From assembly GCA_030747675.1 (NCBI GenBank), contig JASLKH010000030.1:1-27893 (forward strand): DNA of 27,893 bases. Direction: 5' to 3'. Every line of letters starts with the position of its first letter. Positions within the stretch are counted from its first letter, which is position 1. The stretch comes from Candidatus Thalassarchaeaceae archaeon (GTDB lineage: Archaea; Thermoplasmatota; Poseidoniia; Poseidoniales; Thalassarchaeaceae). Positions 7,732-16,670 of the stretch are shown one piece after another. The translations under genes were made by a program, and so were the position numbers. Under the pieces are notes generated by a model that saw only the letters and a list, made by a program, of their open reading frames with translations, was not told the DNA's origin and did not search any database.

Positions 7732-9552
7732 ATGTGTGGTATAATCGGATACATAGGGCATAAACCAGCAACTCCCTTTTTGGTCGAGGGTTTGACTAGG
7801 TTGGAATATCGTGGCTACGATTCAAGCGGTATTGCGGTTCGAAATGGTGATTTGGAAATTCACAAGTGTGCAGGAAAGATTACAGATTTAGTCAGTATTC
7901 TTCCAAAAAAGATTGAGGGCACGTCAGGTATTGCACACACGCGTTGGGCCACACATGGCCCACCAAGTGATGTTAATGCCCATCCTCATTGTTCGGTGGA
8001 TGGAAAGATTGCACTAGTGCACAATGGTATCATCGAAAACGCAAGAGTACTTCGTAACAGATTGGAGAAAGAAGGTGTGAAGTTACAGTCAGATACTGAT
8101 TCTGAAGCATTGGTACATCTTATTCACCGAGAAATTTCGAATGGTTCCAAACCCCTCACAGCCGTTCGAAGAACATTAAAACGTGCTAGAGGCACATGGG
8201 GTCTCTGTGTTATTTTTGAAGACCATGACACCATTATTTGTGCACGCAATGGTTCCCCATTGGTAATCGGTGTGGGGGATGGTGAAAATTGGATTGCAAG
8301 TGACACTCTTCCACTTCAAGCACGCACACAACAAGTAATTCGATTGGAAGATGGTGTACTGGCTGAGGTGACATCAGAGGGTGTCAAGACTAGCCGCTTT
8401 GATGGGAGATATTCAGATTCTAATGTTACTACTCTCGATGAGGATTGGGGAGAAGCCGAATTGGGCGATTACCCTCATTTCATGTTGAAAGAAATTTATG
8501 ATCAACCTGAAGCCTTACGCCAGTGCCTCACTGGCCGGCTAGATCTGAAGGATGGAAATGCGAGGTTGGGTGGTTTGGGATTAACACCAAAACAATTGCA
8601 GAAAATCCCTCATGTTCGATTATTGGGGTGTGGCACTGCATTATTGGCATCTCAAGTGGGGCGCTTAGTCATTGAACAATTAGCAAGAGTTCCAGCCTTG
8701 GCACATGTTAGTAGTGAATTTCGTCACAATGATCCTGTTATTGAAAATAATGCTCTCCACTTTGCTGTAAGTCAATCTGGCGAAACTGCTGACACACTTG
8801 CTGCAATCAAAGAGATTCAACTCAAAGGAGGCGAAGTTCGCGGCGTAATCAATGTTGTAGGCTCAACAATTGCTAGGCAGTGTGGCAAGGGTTGTTACAT
8901 TCATTCTGGGCCAGAGCAGGCCGTTGCCTCAACTAAAGCATTCACAAACATGGTTGCAGCTTTGACTTTATTCGCTATTCAAATTGGTCGAGCACGTTCA
9001 CTTTCTAGAACAAGAGGGAAACAATTGGTTAAGGCGTTGAAAAAATTGCCTCAACTTGTTGAATCATATCTTGATAACCCAGGTTCAATAATGGATGCAG
9101 TAGATGCTTTGAAAGACGCGAAGAGTGTGCTATTCCTTGGTCGAGGAATATCTGCCCCAGTAGCCAGAGAGGGTGCATTGAAATTAATGGAAATTGCTTA
9201 CATTCCGTGCCTTGCTTACCCTGCTGGTGAAATGAAGCATGGCCCTATCGCTTTACTCGAAGAAGGAAGTCCGGTAGTAGTGGTGGCCCCCAATGATTCA
9301 CTAAAGGATAAGACGATATCGAGTATTCATGAATGTCGTGCACGTGGAGCTAAAATTATTCTAATTCATGAAGAAGGGGATTCGATTGCAGAAGAGGCCG
9401 ACATCGCGATTTCTGTACCCTCTACAGACCCTATTTTATCTCCAATTTTGACAGTATTACCTTTACAGTTAATCGCATATCACACTGCCCTCATTCTTGA
9501 CCGAGATGTGGATCGGCCTAGAAACCTAGCAAAATCGGTTACCGTAGAGTAA
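7732..9552 (+). CDS. glmS: Glutamine--fructose-6-phosphate transaminase (isomerizing)
   Basis: Starts MCGIIG (Cys1 nucleophile, so true start is 7732, not 7699); RWATHG, HNG, SQSGETAD, EGALKxxE, KHGP, C-terminal LAKSVTVE. Confidence 0.97.
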   Translation: MCGIIGYIGHKPATPFLVEGLTRLEYRGYDSSGIAVRNGDLEIHKCAGKITDLVSILPKKIEGTSGIAHTRWATHGPPSDVNAHPHCSVDGKIALVHNGIIENARVLRNRLEKEGVKLQSDTDSEALVHLIHREISNGSKPLTAVRRTLKRARGTWGLCVIFEDHDTIICARNGSPLVIGVGDGENWIASDTLPLQARTQQVIRLEDGVLAEVTSEGVKTSRFDGRYSDSNVTTLDEDWGEAELGDYPHFMLKEIYDQPEALRQCLTGRLDLKDGNARLGGLGLTPKQLQKIPHVRLLGCGTALLASQVGRLVIEQLARVPALAHVSSEFRHNDPVIENNALHFAVSQSGETADTLAAIKEIQLKGGEVRGVINVVGSTIARQCGKGCYIHSGPEQAVASTKAFTNMVAALTLFAIQIGRARSLSRTRGKQLVKALKKLPQLVESYLDNPGSIMDAVDALKDAKSVLFLGRGISAPVAREGALKLMEIAYIPCLAYPAGEMKHGPIALLEEGSPVVVVAPNDSLKDKTISSIHECRARGAKIILIHEEGDSIAEEADIAISVPSTDPILSPILTVLPLQLIAYHTALILDRDVDRPRNLAKSVTVE

Positions 9553-11649
9553 TCATTCAGTGCGTCGATTTAGCGCTGCAATACCTAGTAAACAGAGAGT
9601 TCCAAGCAAAGTGAATCCTGGTAAAATCGCAGGGCTTTCATCAGTGTAACCTTCTCCCCATTCATGATACAATTTCACCTTTGGATTATTCCATGAATCA
9701 CCATCTTCAGCATTTGTGTAAATCACGAATGTATCACCAGCATCAAGTAAATTATTTTGGTTTTTATCAGAATATGTAAATGCCCAATCATTTCCAGCAG
9801 CACCAGCGCTTGAACCCGATTGCATTTGAGATAAATCGAATGAAACTCGTAATTTGAATTCTTCTTCGTCTGTCTCGTCGTTATAGGATTGCCACCCTAG
9901 GTCAAGTCTAAATTCATCAAGATTATTCTGGAACTTCATATCATCTTCTACCACGTAGGCATACGGTTCAAGACCATCTGAGGAAGTACTCAGACCATAT
10001 TGATCTTGTAAAAATCCAACGACTGATATATTTTCACCAATATCCGTGGCATTTGAACGTTTGAACCAAAATTCTTCACCCGCGTAGTGGTCCTCATAGT
10101 ACCACATTTCTAACCGGTCATCCAGAACAAAGTTTAGATAATTTTCATCCATTCTTACGTCTGACAAATTAGTAGTAGTTTCGCATGAATCTCTTGCTTC
10201 AATATAGATTGCATATGTAAACGACCCAAGTTCAGCGCACATCAGATAACTTTCATTTTCCATATCGGGTTGTAAACCTTCGTCAGCGCCATTAGGGCAA
10301 TCGTCGACCCCATCATTAATTTGCTCGATTTCGACACTCATCCCATTTACTTCGCAGTAAAACGACTGAATATATTCCGATACGTGAAGCGAGGTTGAGA
10401 TTAGTGTGTCACCTTCAATTCGCATAGTGTGATATTCTTCATACCATGCATCCCAACCACCACTATGTTTGTCGGTACTGAATCCATGATTCCAGAAATA
10501 GTCTGAATTATCATCATCATTAAACGAGTGAATCTGGTTTTCATTATGAAAGACCTCCTCACACCATTCTGGGAATTCCTCTTCATTCTCTAACTCTAAG
10601 TTTATTGCTTGATTAATTTCATCCTCTGTAATATTTTGATCTGCAGGCACATCATATGACCACTCACAATCCCATCCAAATTCAGTTGCATCATAATCCC
10701 GCTCAATTAAGAATGGAGAAGCAGCAGGAGGATACGAATCCGAAACTTCAACGTTAAGTTCTGTGCCGTCCAAGAAACTGACTGTTATGATGTTGTTCTC
10801 AAATTCTGCACCTAATGCTTCAGTATCTTTTGCCACGAGAGTAAAACTGGCTAAATTCATGTTCTCATCAAAGTTTAGGTGAAGTGTTCCATCCTCTTCC
10901 TCTCCGACTAAAGATTGGTATCCGTTTGCCACTTCAAGTGTCCAGTCCATTTCATTGAATTCTTGTTGGTTGATAATTCCAGTATCTTCAGCTAAAGCCG
11001 CTTCAATAGTTGCATCGATTTCTGATTGAGAGACACCTTCATCTGATCCGTCATAACAATCATTCGCACCATCATTGACCCAAGAAAGTGGAATTGTGGC
11101 ATTATTTTGACATGTAAAATCAATATCACTTGGACCAAGGTCATCATCCATTTGTTGAACAACCGCGTTGAATAATTCTTCAACATTCGGTTGATCATCC
11201 TTCACCAGATACCATTCCTTTTCTGCATTGACGTTGATGATGTCGCCCTTCTGCCTCACTTCATAGTAAACCATTTCCATACCATTCATTGTCATATGAT
11301 ACGTGAAGCGCATTGCTTCGTTTTCAGCATCGAAAATTTCTATTGATGTAATCTCTGTTCCAATGTCATCATCTTCGATATTAGTATCTGTTGTGGTTAC
11401 TGTAAGCATTCCATATGCTTCACCACTGGTTCGACTTTGTTCAAGATTGGCGAGTTGTGTCAAAGCAGCCGCTTCAAGTACTTCTTGGGTTGCAGGCAAT
11501 ACACAAGTCCCATCATCATCATCTGCGCTGGATTCGTAGTTTACGGCACCTGAATCGGTGCAACCAGAAATAGGGTCATCCCCACCCAAACATCCAGTCA
11601 ATGTTGTTGTTACTAGCAAGCATGCAATCAAAGCATGAACCATCTTCAT
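9553..11649 (-). CDS. Acidic surface lipoprotein with LDL-receptor class A-like modules and PGF-CTERM archaeosortase signal
   Basis: Start moved to MKMVHAL (11649); lipobox-like LTGC (Cys20); GCTD..A.NY....DDGTC module; two LDL-A-like motifs (11038-11118, 10279-10361); C-terminal PGF (9613-9621) + TM + RR. Confidence 0.8.
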   Translation of the reverse strand: MKMVHALIACLLVTTTLTGCLGGDDPISGCTDSGAVNYESSADDDDGTCVLPATQEVLEAAALTQLANLEQSRTSGEAYGMLTVTTTDTNIEDDDIGTEITSIEIFDAENEAMRFTYHMTMNGMEMVYYEVRQKGDIINVNAEKEWYLVKDDQPNVEELFNAVVQQMDDDLGPSDIDFTCQNNATIPLSWVNDGANDCYDGSDEGVSQSEIDATIEAALAEDTGIINQQEFNEMDWTLEVANGYQSLVGEEEDGTLHLNFDENMNLASFTLVAKDTEALGAEFENNIITVSFLDGTELNVEVSDSYPPAASPFLIERDYDATEFGWDCEWSYDVPADQNITEDEINQAINLELENEEEFPEWCEEVFHNENQIHSFNDDDNSDYFWNHGFSTDKHSGGWDAWYEEYHTMRIEGDTLISTSLHVSEYIQSFYCEVNGMSVEIEQINDGVDDCPNGADEGLQPDMENESYLMCAELGSFTYAIYIEARDSCETTTNLSDVRMDENYLNFVLDDRLEMWYYEDHYAGEEFWFKRSNATDIGENISVVGFLQDQYGLSTSSDGLEPYAYVVEDDMKFQNNLDEFRLDLGWQSYNDETDEEEFKLRVSFDLSQMQSGSSAGAAGNDWAFTYSDKNQNNLLDAGDTFVIYTNAEDGDSWNNPKVKLYHEWGEGYTDESPAILPGFTLLGTLCLLGIAALNRRTE

Positions 11650-11673
11650 GTGGTAACCGAAAAGGCGGTAGGC

Positions 11674-11679
11674 AATAAA
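11674..11679 (-). promoter_or_regulatory. Putative TATA box for the PGF-CTERM gene; adjacent 13-bp palindrome TTGGTG-A-CACCAA at 11688-11700
   Basis: TTTATT on the minus strand lies 25-30 nt upstream of ATG 11649, typical leaderless spacing. Confidence 0.4.
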
Positions 11680-11705
11680 CACACACCTTGGTGACACCAA
11701 TTGAG

Positions 11706-12428
11706 TCAATGGACAGTAAATCGACTGACAGCAGAATCCCATCGGAATGGATGGTACCCCAGTGTGTGTGACGTATGCCGCATTTTGACAATCGCAATTT
11801 TTCGATTGATTTGATCTCCAGAGCGCTCCATTGTAAGGTGGACAACACCATCGGACAGATAATCCTCAATTCCAAATTCACCGAACTGATTTTTCATTTC
11901 ACCCATCATTTCACAAATGATGAATGTCGTAAGCCCGAGCCGTCGACATGCTTCAAAGAATCGGAATGTTTCATCACGTGGGTTTTCCATTTGTGTTAGA
12001 GTAAAGAAGGCTCCAAGTGAGTCGAAAACAAGTACTTCAAATCCGATACTTTCACGATAATTAGTGAGTTGTTTGATTAATTGGCCCATCCAATCTACTT
12101 GATGTACTGTTCCTGCATCATGAAGTTGTACGCGCAAATCTGCTAAATCGATAATTGCAATATTTGAACGAACACGAGGATCTTCAACATTCATTCCCAT
12201 GTTGGCCATGTGGCCGGCCAGAGATTCCTTGGATTGTTCTAATGTGACGTAAATACCAGAAGTTCTTCCTTCAAGAACAGCATTGTACAGCATCGCGAAC
12301 CCCAGACTCGATTTCATCGAACCTGATGCCCCAGCCAGTAGGCAGAGGTGGCCTTGAGGGATACCTCCTTGCATTTGTTCATCTAATCCTGATACATAGG
12401 TTGGAATTCGTACAGACCCGTTACTCAT
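11706..12428 (-). CDS. Single-domain KaiC-like / RAD55 family RecA-superfamily ATPase
   Basis: RIPTYVSGLDEQMQGGIP, Walker A-like GASGSMKS, YVTLEQ, Walker B VFDS, DGVVHL, VKMR. Start 12428 has a GGTGA SD at 12433-12437. Confidence 0.88.
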   Translation of the reverse strand: MSNGSVRIPTYVSGLDEQMQGGIPQGHLCLLAGASGSMKSSLGFAMLYNAVLEGRTSGIYVTLEQSKESLAGHMANMGMNVEDPRVRSNIAIIDLADLRVQLHDAGTVHQVDWMGQLIKQLTNYRESIGFEVLVFDSLGAFFTLTQMENPRDETFRFFEACRRLGLTTFIICEMMGEMKNQFGEFGIEDYLSDGVVHLTMERSGDQINRKIAIVKMRHTSHTLGYHPFRWDSAVSRFTVH

Positions 12429-12458
12429 CGTCTCACCACTCCGTCGATTCGGCACAGG

Positions 12459-12484
12459 AAAATAAACGCGACCCCTGTGGGGTC
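12459..12484. promoter_or_regulatory. Divergent kaiC-like/maf promoter: AAAATAAA box plus GACCCC-TGT-GGGGTC inverted repeat
   Basis: The only AT-rich stretch in a 59-bp divergent gap; perfect 6-bp inverted repeat at 12470-12484. Confidence 0.4.
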
Positions 12485-12487
12485 CCC

Positions 12488-13060
12488 ATGGAACGCGTGC
12501 ATTTAGCATCAGGTTCGAGGCGACGAGCAGAGATGCTTACCGGCTACCTGCGCCGCAATGTAGAGTTCACATTCTCTCGATTACGTGCTAAAGAAAGGCC
12601 ACATGGCCACAATCTTCCTGTTGAAGAGCAAGTTCTGAATACACTTGAAGGGAAAATTGAGGCGGCTCAGAGAGAAATTGAACATCCTTACATCATAGTT
12701 GCAGATACTTTGGTGGAAGACCCAGAAAACCCGATGAATGCTTTGGGGCAACCTTCTGAAATCCATGCAGCAGTGAAGATGTTGCTGAAATTATCAGGGC
12801 GACGACATAGGGTTTGGACTGGAACTGCGATTATTTGTGGCGATGTTGTTCGTTCGTGGGTTGAATCTTCAATTGTCGAAGTCGATGATTTATCTGATGA
12901 GGTATTGGAATCTCTTGTTTTGTCAGGTTCTTGGCGTGGGAAGGCGGGTGGATATGACTTAGCTGAAAGTATGGGTCAACATGCAGCAGTTGTAGATGGT
13001 GCAGAGTGTTGCGTTCTTGGTTTAGCTCATTCAGCCTTAGCAGCAATAGCAAAAGATTGA
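12488..13060 (+). CDS. maf: Maf family nucleoside-triphosphate pyrophosphatase
   Basis: LASGSRRR, ADT, LSGRRHRVWTG, KAGGY; true start MERVHLASGS at 12488. Confidence 0.9.
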   Translation: MERVHLASGSRRRAEMLTGYLRRNVEFTFSRLRAKERPHGHNLPVEEQVLNTLEGKIEAAQREIEHPYIIVADTLVEDPENPMNALGQPSEIHAAVKMLLKLSGRRHRVWTGTAIICGDVVRSWVESSIVEVDDLSDEVLESLVLSGSWRGKAGGYDLAESMGQHAAVVDGAECCVLGLAHSALAAIAKD

Positions 13061-13086
13061 ATCACGTCATTGCACCCAATAGCACA

Positions 13087-13794
13087 ATGGGTGCTATAAA
13101 AATCGAGGATTTGATTCGTGGGTATGGCAAATTGGAGGTTCTTAAAGGCCTCAATATGAATGTAGATTCAGGTTCAATTTATGGTTTATTAGGGCCAAGT
13201 GGTTGTGGGAAAACCACACTATTGAAAGTCATCCTTGGATTTCTTGAACCAAAGTCGGGAAATGTGAATGTAATTGCCGAAGTACCCGGTTCAGGAGTGG
13301 GATACTCTCCTCAAGAAATCGCGCTTTATCCTGACTTGAGTATATCTGAAACTCTGACATTCCATGGTCGATTGCATAGTATGACAGTAGAAGCCATCGC
13401 AGAACGTCAAAGTTGGTTAATTGATTTTCTAGATTTACCAGAAGCAAGTCGACCGGTTGGGAAATTATCTGGTGGTCAGAAACGCAGAGTCAGTCTTGCA
13501 ATTGCGTTATTGCATGAGCCCGAATTATTGCTCTTGGATGAACCAACAGTTGGAGTGGATCCAGAACTGAGAGCAAGAATATGGGACCATTTGTCTACAA
13601 TTGCATCTGAAGGAACATCGATAGTCATTACAACACATTACATCGATGAAGCCGCTCGTGCCAATCGTGTTGGCTTAATGCGCAACGGTATTTTGTTGGC
13701 AGAAGATAGCCCTCAATCTGTCATGAATTCTCAGAACGCAGAATCCCTTGAAGAAGCATTTTTAGCATTATGTCAGAGGGGGGTGAAAGTTTGA
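13087..13794 (+). CDS. ABC-2 type exporter ATP-binding subunit
   Basis: GPSGCGKTT, PQE Q-loop, LSGGQ, LLLDEP, ITTH; start moved to ATG 13087. Confidence 0.93.
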   Translation: MGAIKIEDLIRGYGKLEVLKGLNMNVDSGSIYGLLGPSGCGKTTLLKVILGFLEPKSGNVNVIAEVPGSGVGYSPQEIALYPDLSISETLTFHGRLHSMTVEAIAERQSWLIDFLDLPEASRPVGKLSGGQKRRVSLAIALLHEPELLLLDEPTVGVDPELRARIWDHLSTIASEGTSIVITTHYIDEAARANRVGLMRNGILLAEDSPQSVMNSQNAESLEEAFLALCQRGVKV

Positions 13795-14849
13795 ATTTTC
13801 ACCGAATATACGCTATTGCGGCTAGAAAATTCGCTAGTTTACGTAGAGATAAACGAATGTTTGGATTCATTGTAATCATGCCTGCCCTCCAAATTTTACT
13901 CTTCGGTTGGGCAATTGGTGGTGCTCCGACAGGCCTTGATGTAATCGTAGTCGATGAAGGCGATAATGAAGCCAGGAGTGCTATATTTATTGGTCATCTT
14001 CAAGGTAGTGAATCGTTGGTAGTATCCCATACAGAATCTCTTGAATCTGCTTATGCATCCGTTGAAGATGGCGATGCTTGGGCTGTTATCCACTTGATGC
14101 CTGATGGTTCTGTGGAATTGGGGATTGACAATTCGAACCAACAAGTCACTGGCGTGATTATGATTGAAGTACGCGATGCGATGCAAGAAGCAAATGGTGG
14201 CACAATCCCAATATCAATCGATCCAATATACGGTGAGAAAGACCCTGCATTCATTGATTTCCTCGCTCCCGGAATTATGACCTTGGTTTGTTTTATGTTT
14301 AGCACAATCCTCACATCAATGGCGTTTGTAGGGGAACGTTACGATGGAACACTTGACCGAGTATTTGCAGCTGGCACAAAATCTTCAGAAGTTTTGTTTG
14401 GGCACTTAGCAGCGTTTACAATTATTTTAGTTGGTCAAGTTTCAGTAGTGATTGGTATTTCTGCTTGGGGCTTTGACATTCCAATTGAAGGCAGTGTCCC
14501 GTTATTGTTCAGTATTTGTTTACTCTTAGGGTGGGCAGCTATGTGCCTTGGTTTGGTGATTTCTAGCAAGGCAAAATCAGAATTCCAAGCAATGCAGTTG
14601 AACATGCCAATGATGTTTCCTGTGCTCCTTCTTTCTGGAATTTTGTGGCCAGTACAAGCTCTTCCAAATTGGCTTCAACCAGTTTCGTGGATTTTACCCT
14701 CTACCTGGACTGCAGAGGCCTGTCGGTCAATTATGATCAGGGGTTGGGGCCTTGAAGCAGAATCAGTAGTCATGGCAATAATCGCCAACTCAATATTTGC
14801 TGTATTGATGCTATTTATTGCTAGTCGGACTTTGAAAGTTAAGAATTAA
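13791..14849 (+). CDS. ABC-2 type exporter permease (YbhR/YbhS-like topology)
   Basis: N-terminal TM, extracellular loop, five C-terminal TMs, ERYDGTLDR, LLSGILWP. TTG 13791 overlaps the ATPase stop (TTGA) and follows GGTGA; ATG 13770 is the alternative. Confidence 0.9.
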   Translation: MNFHRIYAIAARKFASLRRDKRMFGFIVIMPALQILLFGWAIGGAPTGLDVIVVDEGDNEARSAIFIGHLQGSESLVVSHTESLESAYASVEDGDAWAVIHLMPDGSVELGIDNSNQQVTGVIMIEVRDAMQEANGGTIPISIDPIYGEKDPAFIDFLAPGIMTLVCFMFSTILTSMAFVGERYDGTLDRVFAAGTKSSEVLFGHLAAFTIILVGQVSVVIGISAWGFDIPIEGSVPLLFSICLLLGWAAMCLGLVISSKAKSEFQAMQLNMPMMFPVLLLSGILWPVQALPNWLQPVSWILPSTWTAEACRSIMIRGWGLEAESVVMAIIANSIFAVLMLFIASRTLKVKN

Positions 14850-15633
14850 TCACTAGGCTAGTAAATTCGGTAACACGTTGCAAATCAACAGCCTTTTCTA
14901 CGCTGGAATCAATTTTGAGGCTGGTTCCAACAATTAACGAAGCTGCATGTTCTAGGTATGCTGTTGCATTGTCCATATTAACACCTGAACCAATAATCAA
15001 TGGTGCATCAGGAACAGCATTTTTTACAATTACTAGGTCCTCTATTTTTGTACTCATTCCAGTACCTTTCCCAGAGATAATAAGAGCATCGGCCAATCCT
15101 CTATGCCAACAATCTCGAGATTCTTGCTCAAGGGTCCAATCCTCATCAATTGCCGCCGCATGTTTAACACCAACATCAGCAAGTATTGCAATTCCAGGGC
15201 CAAGATTTTCACGTAAGCGAAGAGTTTCGGAAGCTAATCCTTCAATGATTCCTTGATCGGTTTGCATTGCACCAATGTGAACATTGACACGAATGAATTT
15301 CGCTCCGGTTGCAGCCGCAATAGAAATTGCTGCTTTAGCATCATTTCGAAGAACATTTACACCTACAGGTATGTCCGATAATTCTACAATTGAGCGAATG
15401 ATTCTCGTCATCGCTGTGATCGTAATGGTGGGCACACGGTCTTTGAAGAAAGGGACATCTCCAAAATTTTCTACCATAATTCCTGCAACACCTCCTGCAA
15501 TCAATGCTTGAGCATCTGCAATAGCAATGGCTTCTACGTAATCTAAATCACCTGAATAATTTGGAGAACCAGGTAATGCTTTGAGGTGAACCATCCCAAT
15601 TAATCCAAGTGGAATATCTTTCCTTTCTGCCAT
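14839..15633 (-). CDS. BtpA/SgcQ family TIM-barrel protein
   Basis: IGMVHLKALPGSP, ENFGDVPF, GVNVLRND, DVGVKHA, IGSGV, VGTSLK; start 15633 follows a GGTGAT SD. Confidence 0.9.
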   Translation of the reverse strand: MAERKDIPLGLIGMVHLKALPGSPNYSGDLDYVEAIAIADAQALIAGGVAGIMVENFGDVPFFKDRVPTITITAMTRIIRSIVELSDIPVGVNVLRNDAKAAISIAAATGAKFIRVNVHIGAMQTDQGIIEGLASETLRLRENLGPGIAILADVGVKHAAAIDEDWTLEQESRDCWHRGLADALIISGKGTGMSTKIEDLVIVKNAVPDAPLIIGSGVNMDNATAYLEHAASLIVGTSLKIDSSVEKAVDLQRVTEFTSLVINS

Positions 15634-15638
15634 GGAAA

Positions 15639-16625
15639 TCACCTTTGCTCGGCTTTTTGCCATCGCCAACAGGACTCAATCCCTTGTCTTAGTGACACAT
15701 TTGCTGACCAACCTAGCATCAGTTCTGAGGTGGACAAATCAGGTAGTCTCCGTTGGGAATCTCCAGGATGTCCTACTTCTTGAAATTCAATTTCACTATT
15801 GGAACCAGTAATCTCTAGGCAGATTTGAGCCAAGTCTGTGATACTAATTTCTTCTGCACTACCAAGATTAAATGCGGCACCTGCGAGGTTACTTCCATCA
15901 ATTCCTTGATCTAATTCTCCTGCCATTTGAATACCCTCTACAATATCTTCGACCCAAGTAAAAGATCTAGTTTGTTCTCCATCACCATGAATGGTAATAG
16001 TTTCACCAGTGTGACACTGTTTGAGGAAAATCCCTGTAACTTGTCCGTATGAATCTCCAGGTAGCCTTGGCCCATATCCATTGAATGGTCGAACTATTCG
16101 TGCATCTAGAGAATGTTCTTTTACTGCGTGTTGGACTAAAATCTCTCCAAGATATTTACTTGCCCCATACGAATGTCTCCCATGCTTTTCAGCAGCTGAA
16201 AATAGACTTTCAGAATCATTTCTAAGAGGCATTTCTGGTTGTTCTCCAAATGCTTCTGGAGATGATGTGAATACAAACCGAGCACCTCGGACTTTAGCAA
16301 AATCAAGTGCAGTTCGTAATGTATCAAGATTTACTTGGATGACGAAATCAGGACGTTCATGGAACCAACGAGTTCCATTAATTGCTGCGAGATGGAAAAT
16401 GCAATCTACTCCCCCCATTTTGTCTGATGCTTTTTCATAGATATCTCGATTTGCAGCGTCTCCCATCATCAAATAATAATCAGGCATCCCTTTGCATCCT
16501 TCGACATTTTTCTTTTTACCCCGAAACATATCGTCGATAACAACAACCGAATGCCCCATCGCCACTAAACGCTCTGTGAGGTGACTACCAAGGAAGCCAG
16601 CTCCTCCAGTGACTATGCAGCGCAT
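15639..16625 (-). CDS. NAD-dependent epimerase/dehydratase (extended SDR, UDP-glucuronate decarboxylase-like)
   Basis: TGGAGFLG, HLAA, YGASK (YxxxK), RPFNGYGPR, TRSFTWVED; start moved to MRCIVTG at 16625. Confidence 0.9.
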   Translation of the reverse strand: MRCIVTGGAGFLGSHLTERLVAMGHSVVVIDDMFRGKKKNVEGCKGMPDYYLMMGDAANRDIYEKASDKMGGVDCIFHLAAINGTRWFHERPDFVIQVNLDTLRTALDFAKVRGARFVFTSSPEAFGEQPEMPLRNDSESLFSAAEKHGRHSYGASKYLGEILVQHAVKEHSLDARIVRPFNGYGPRLPGDSYGQVTGIFLKQCHTGETITIHGDGEQTRSFTWVEDIVEGIQMAGELDQGIDGSNLAGAAFNLGSAEEISITDLAQICLEITGSNSEIEFQEVGHPGDSQRRLPDLSTSELMLGWSANVSLRQGIESCWRWQKAEQR

Positions 16626-16670
16626 GGTCGGGGGTACAGGTTCTCCCTCAAGGAGATGATGCAAGAGTAT

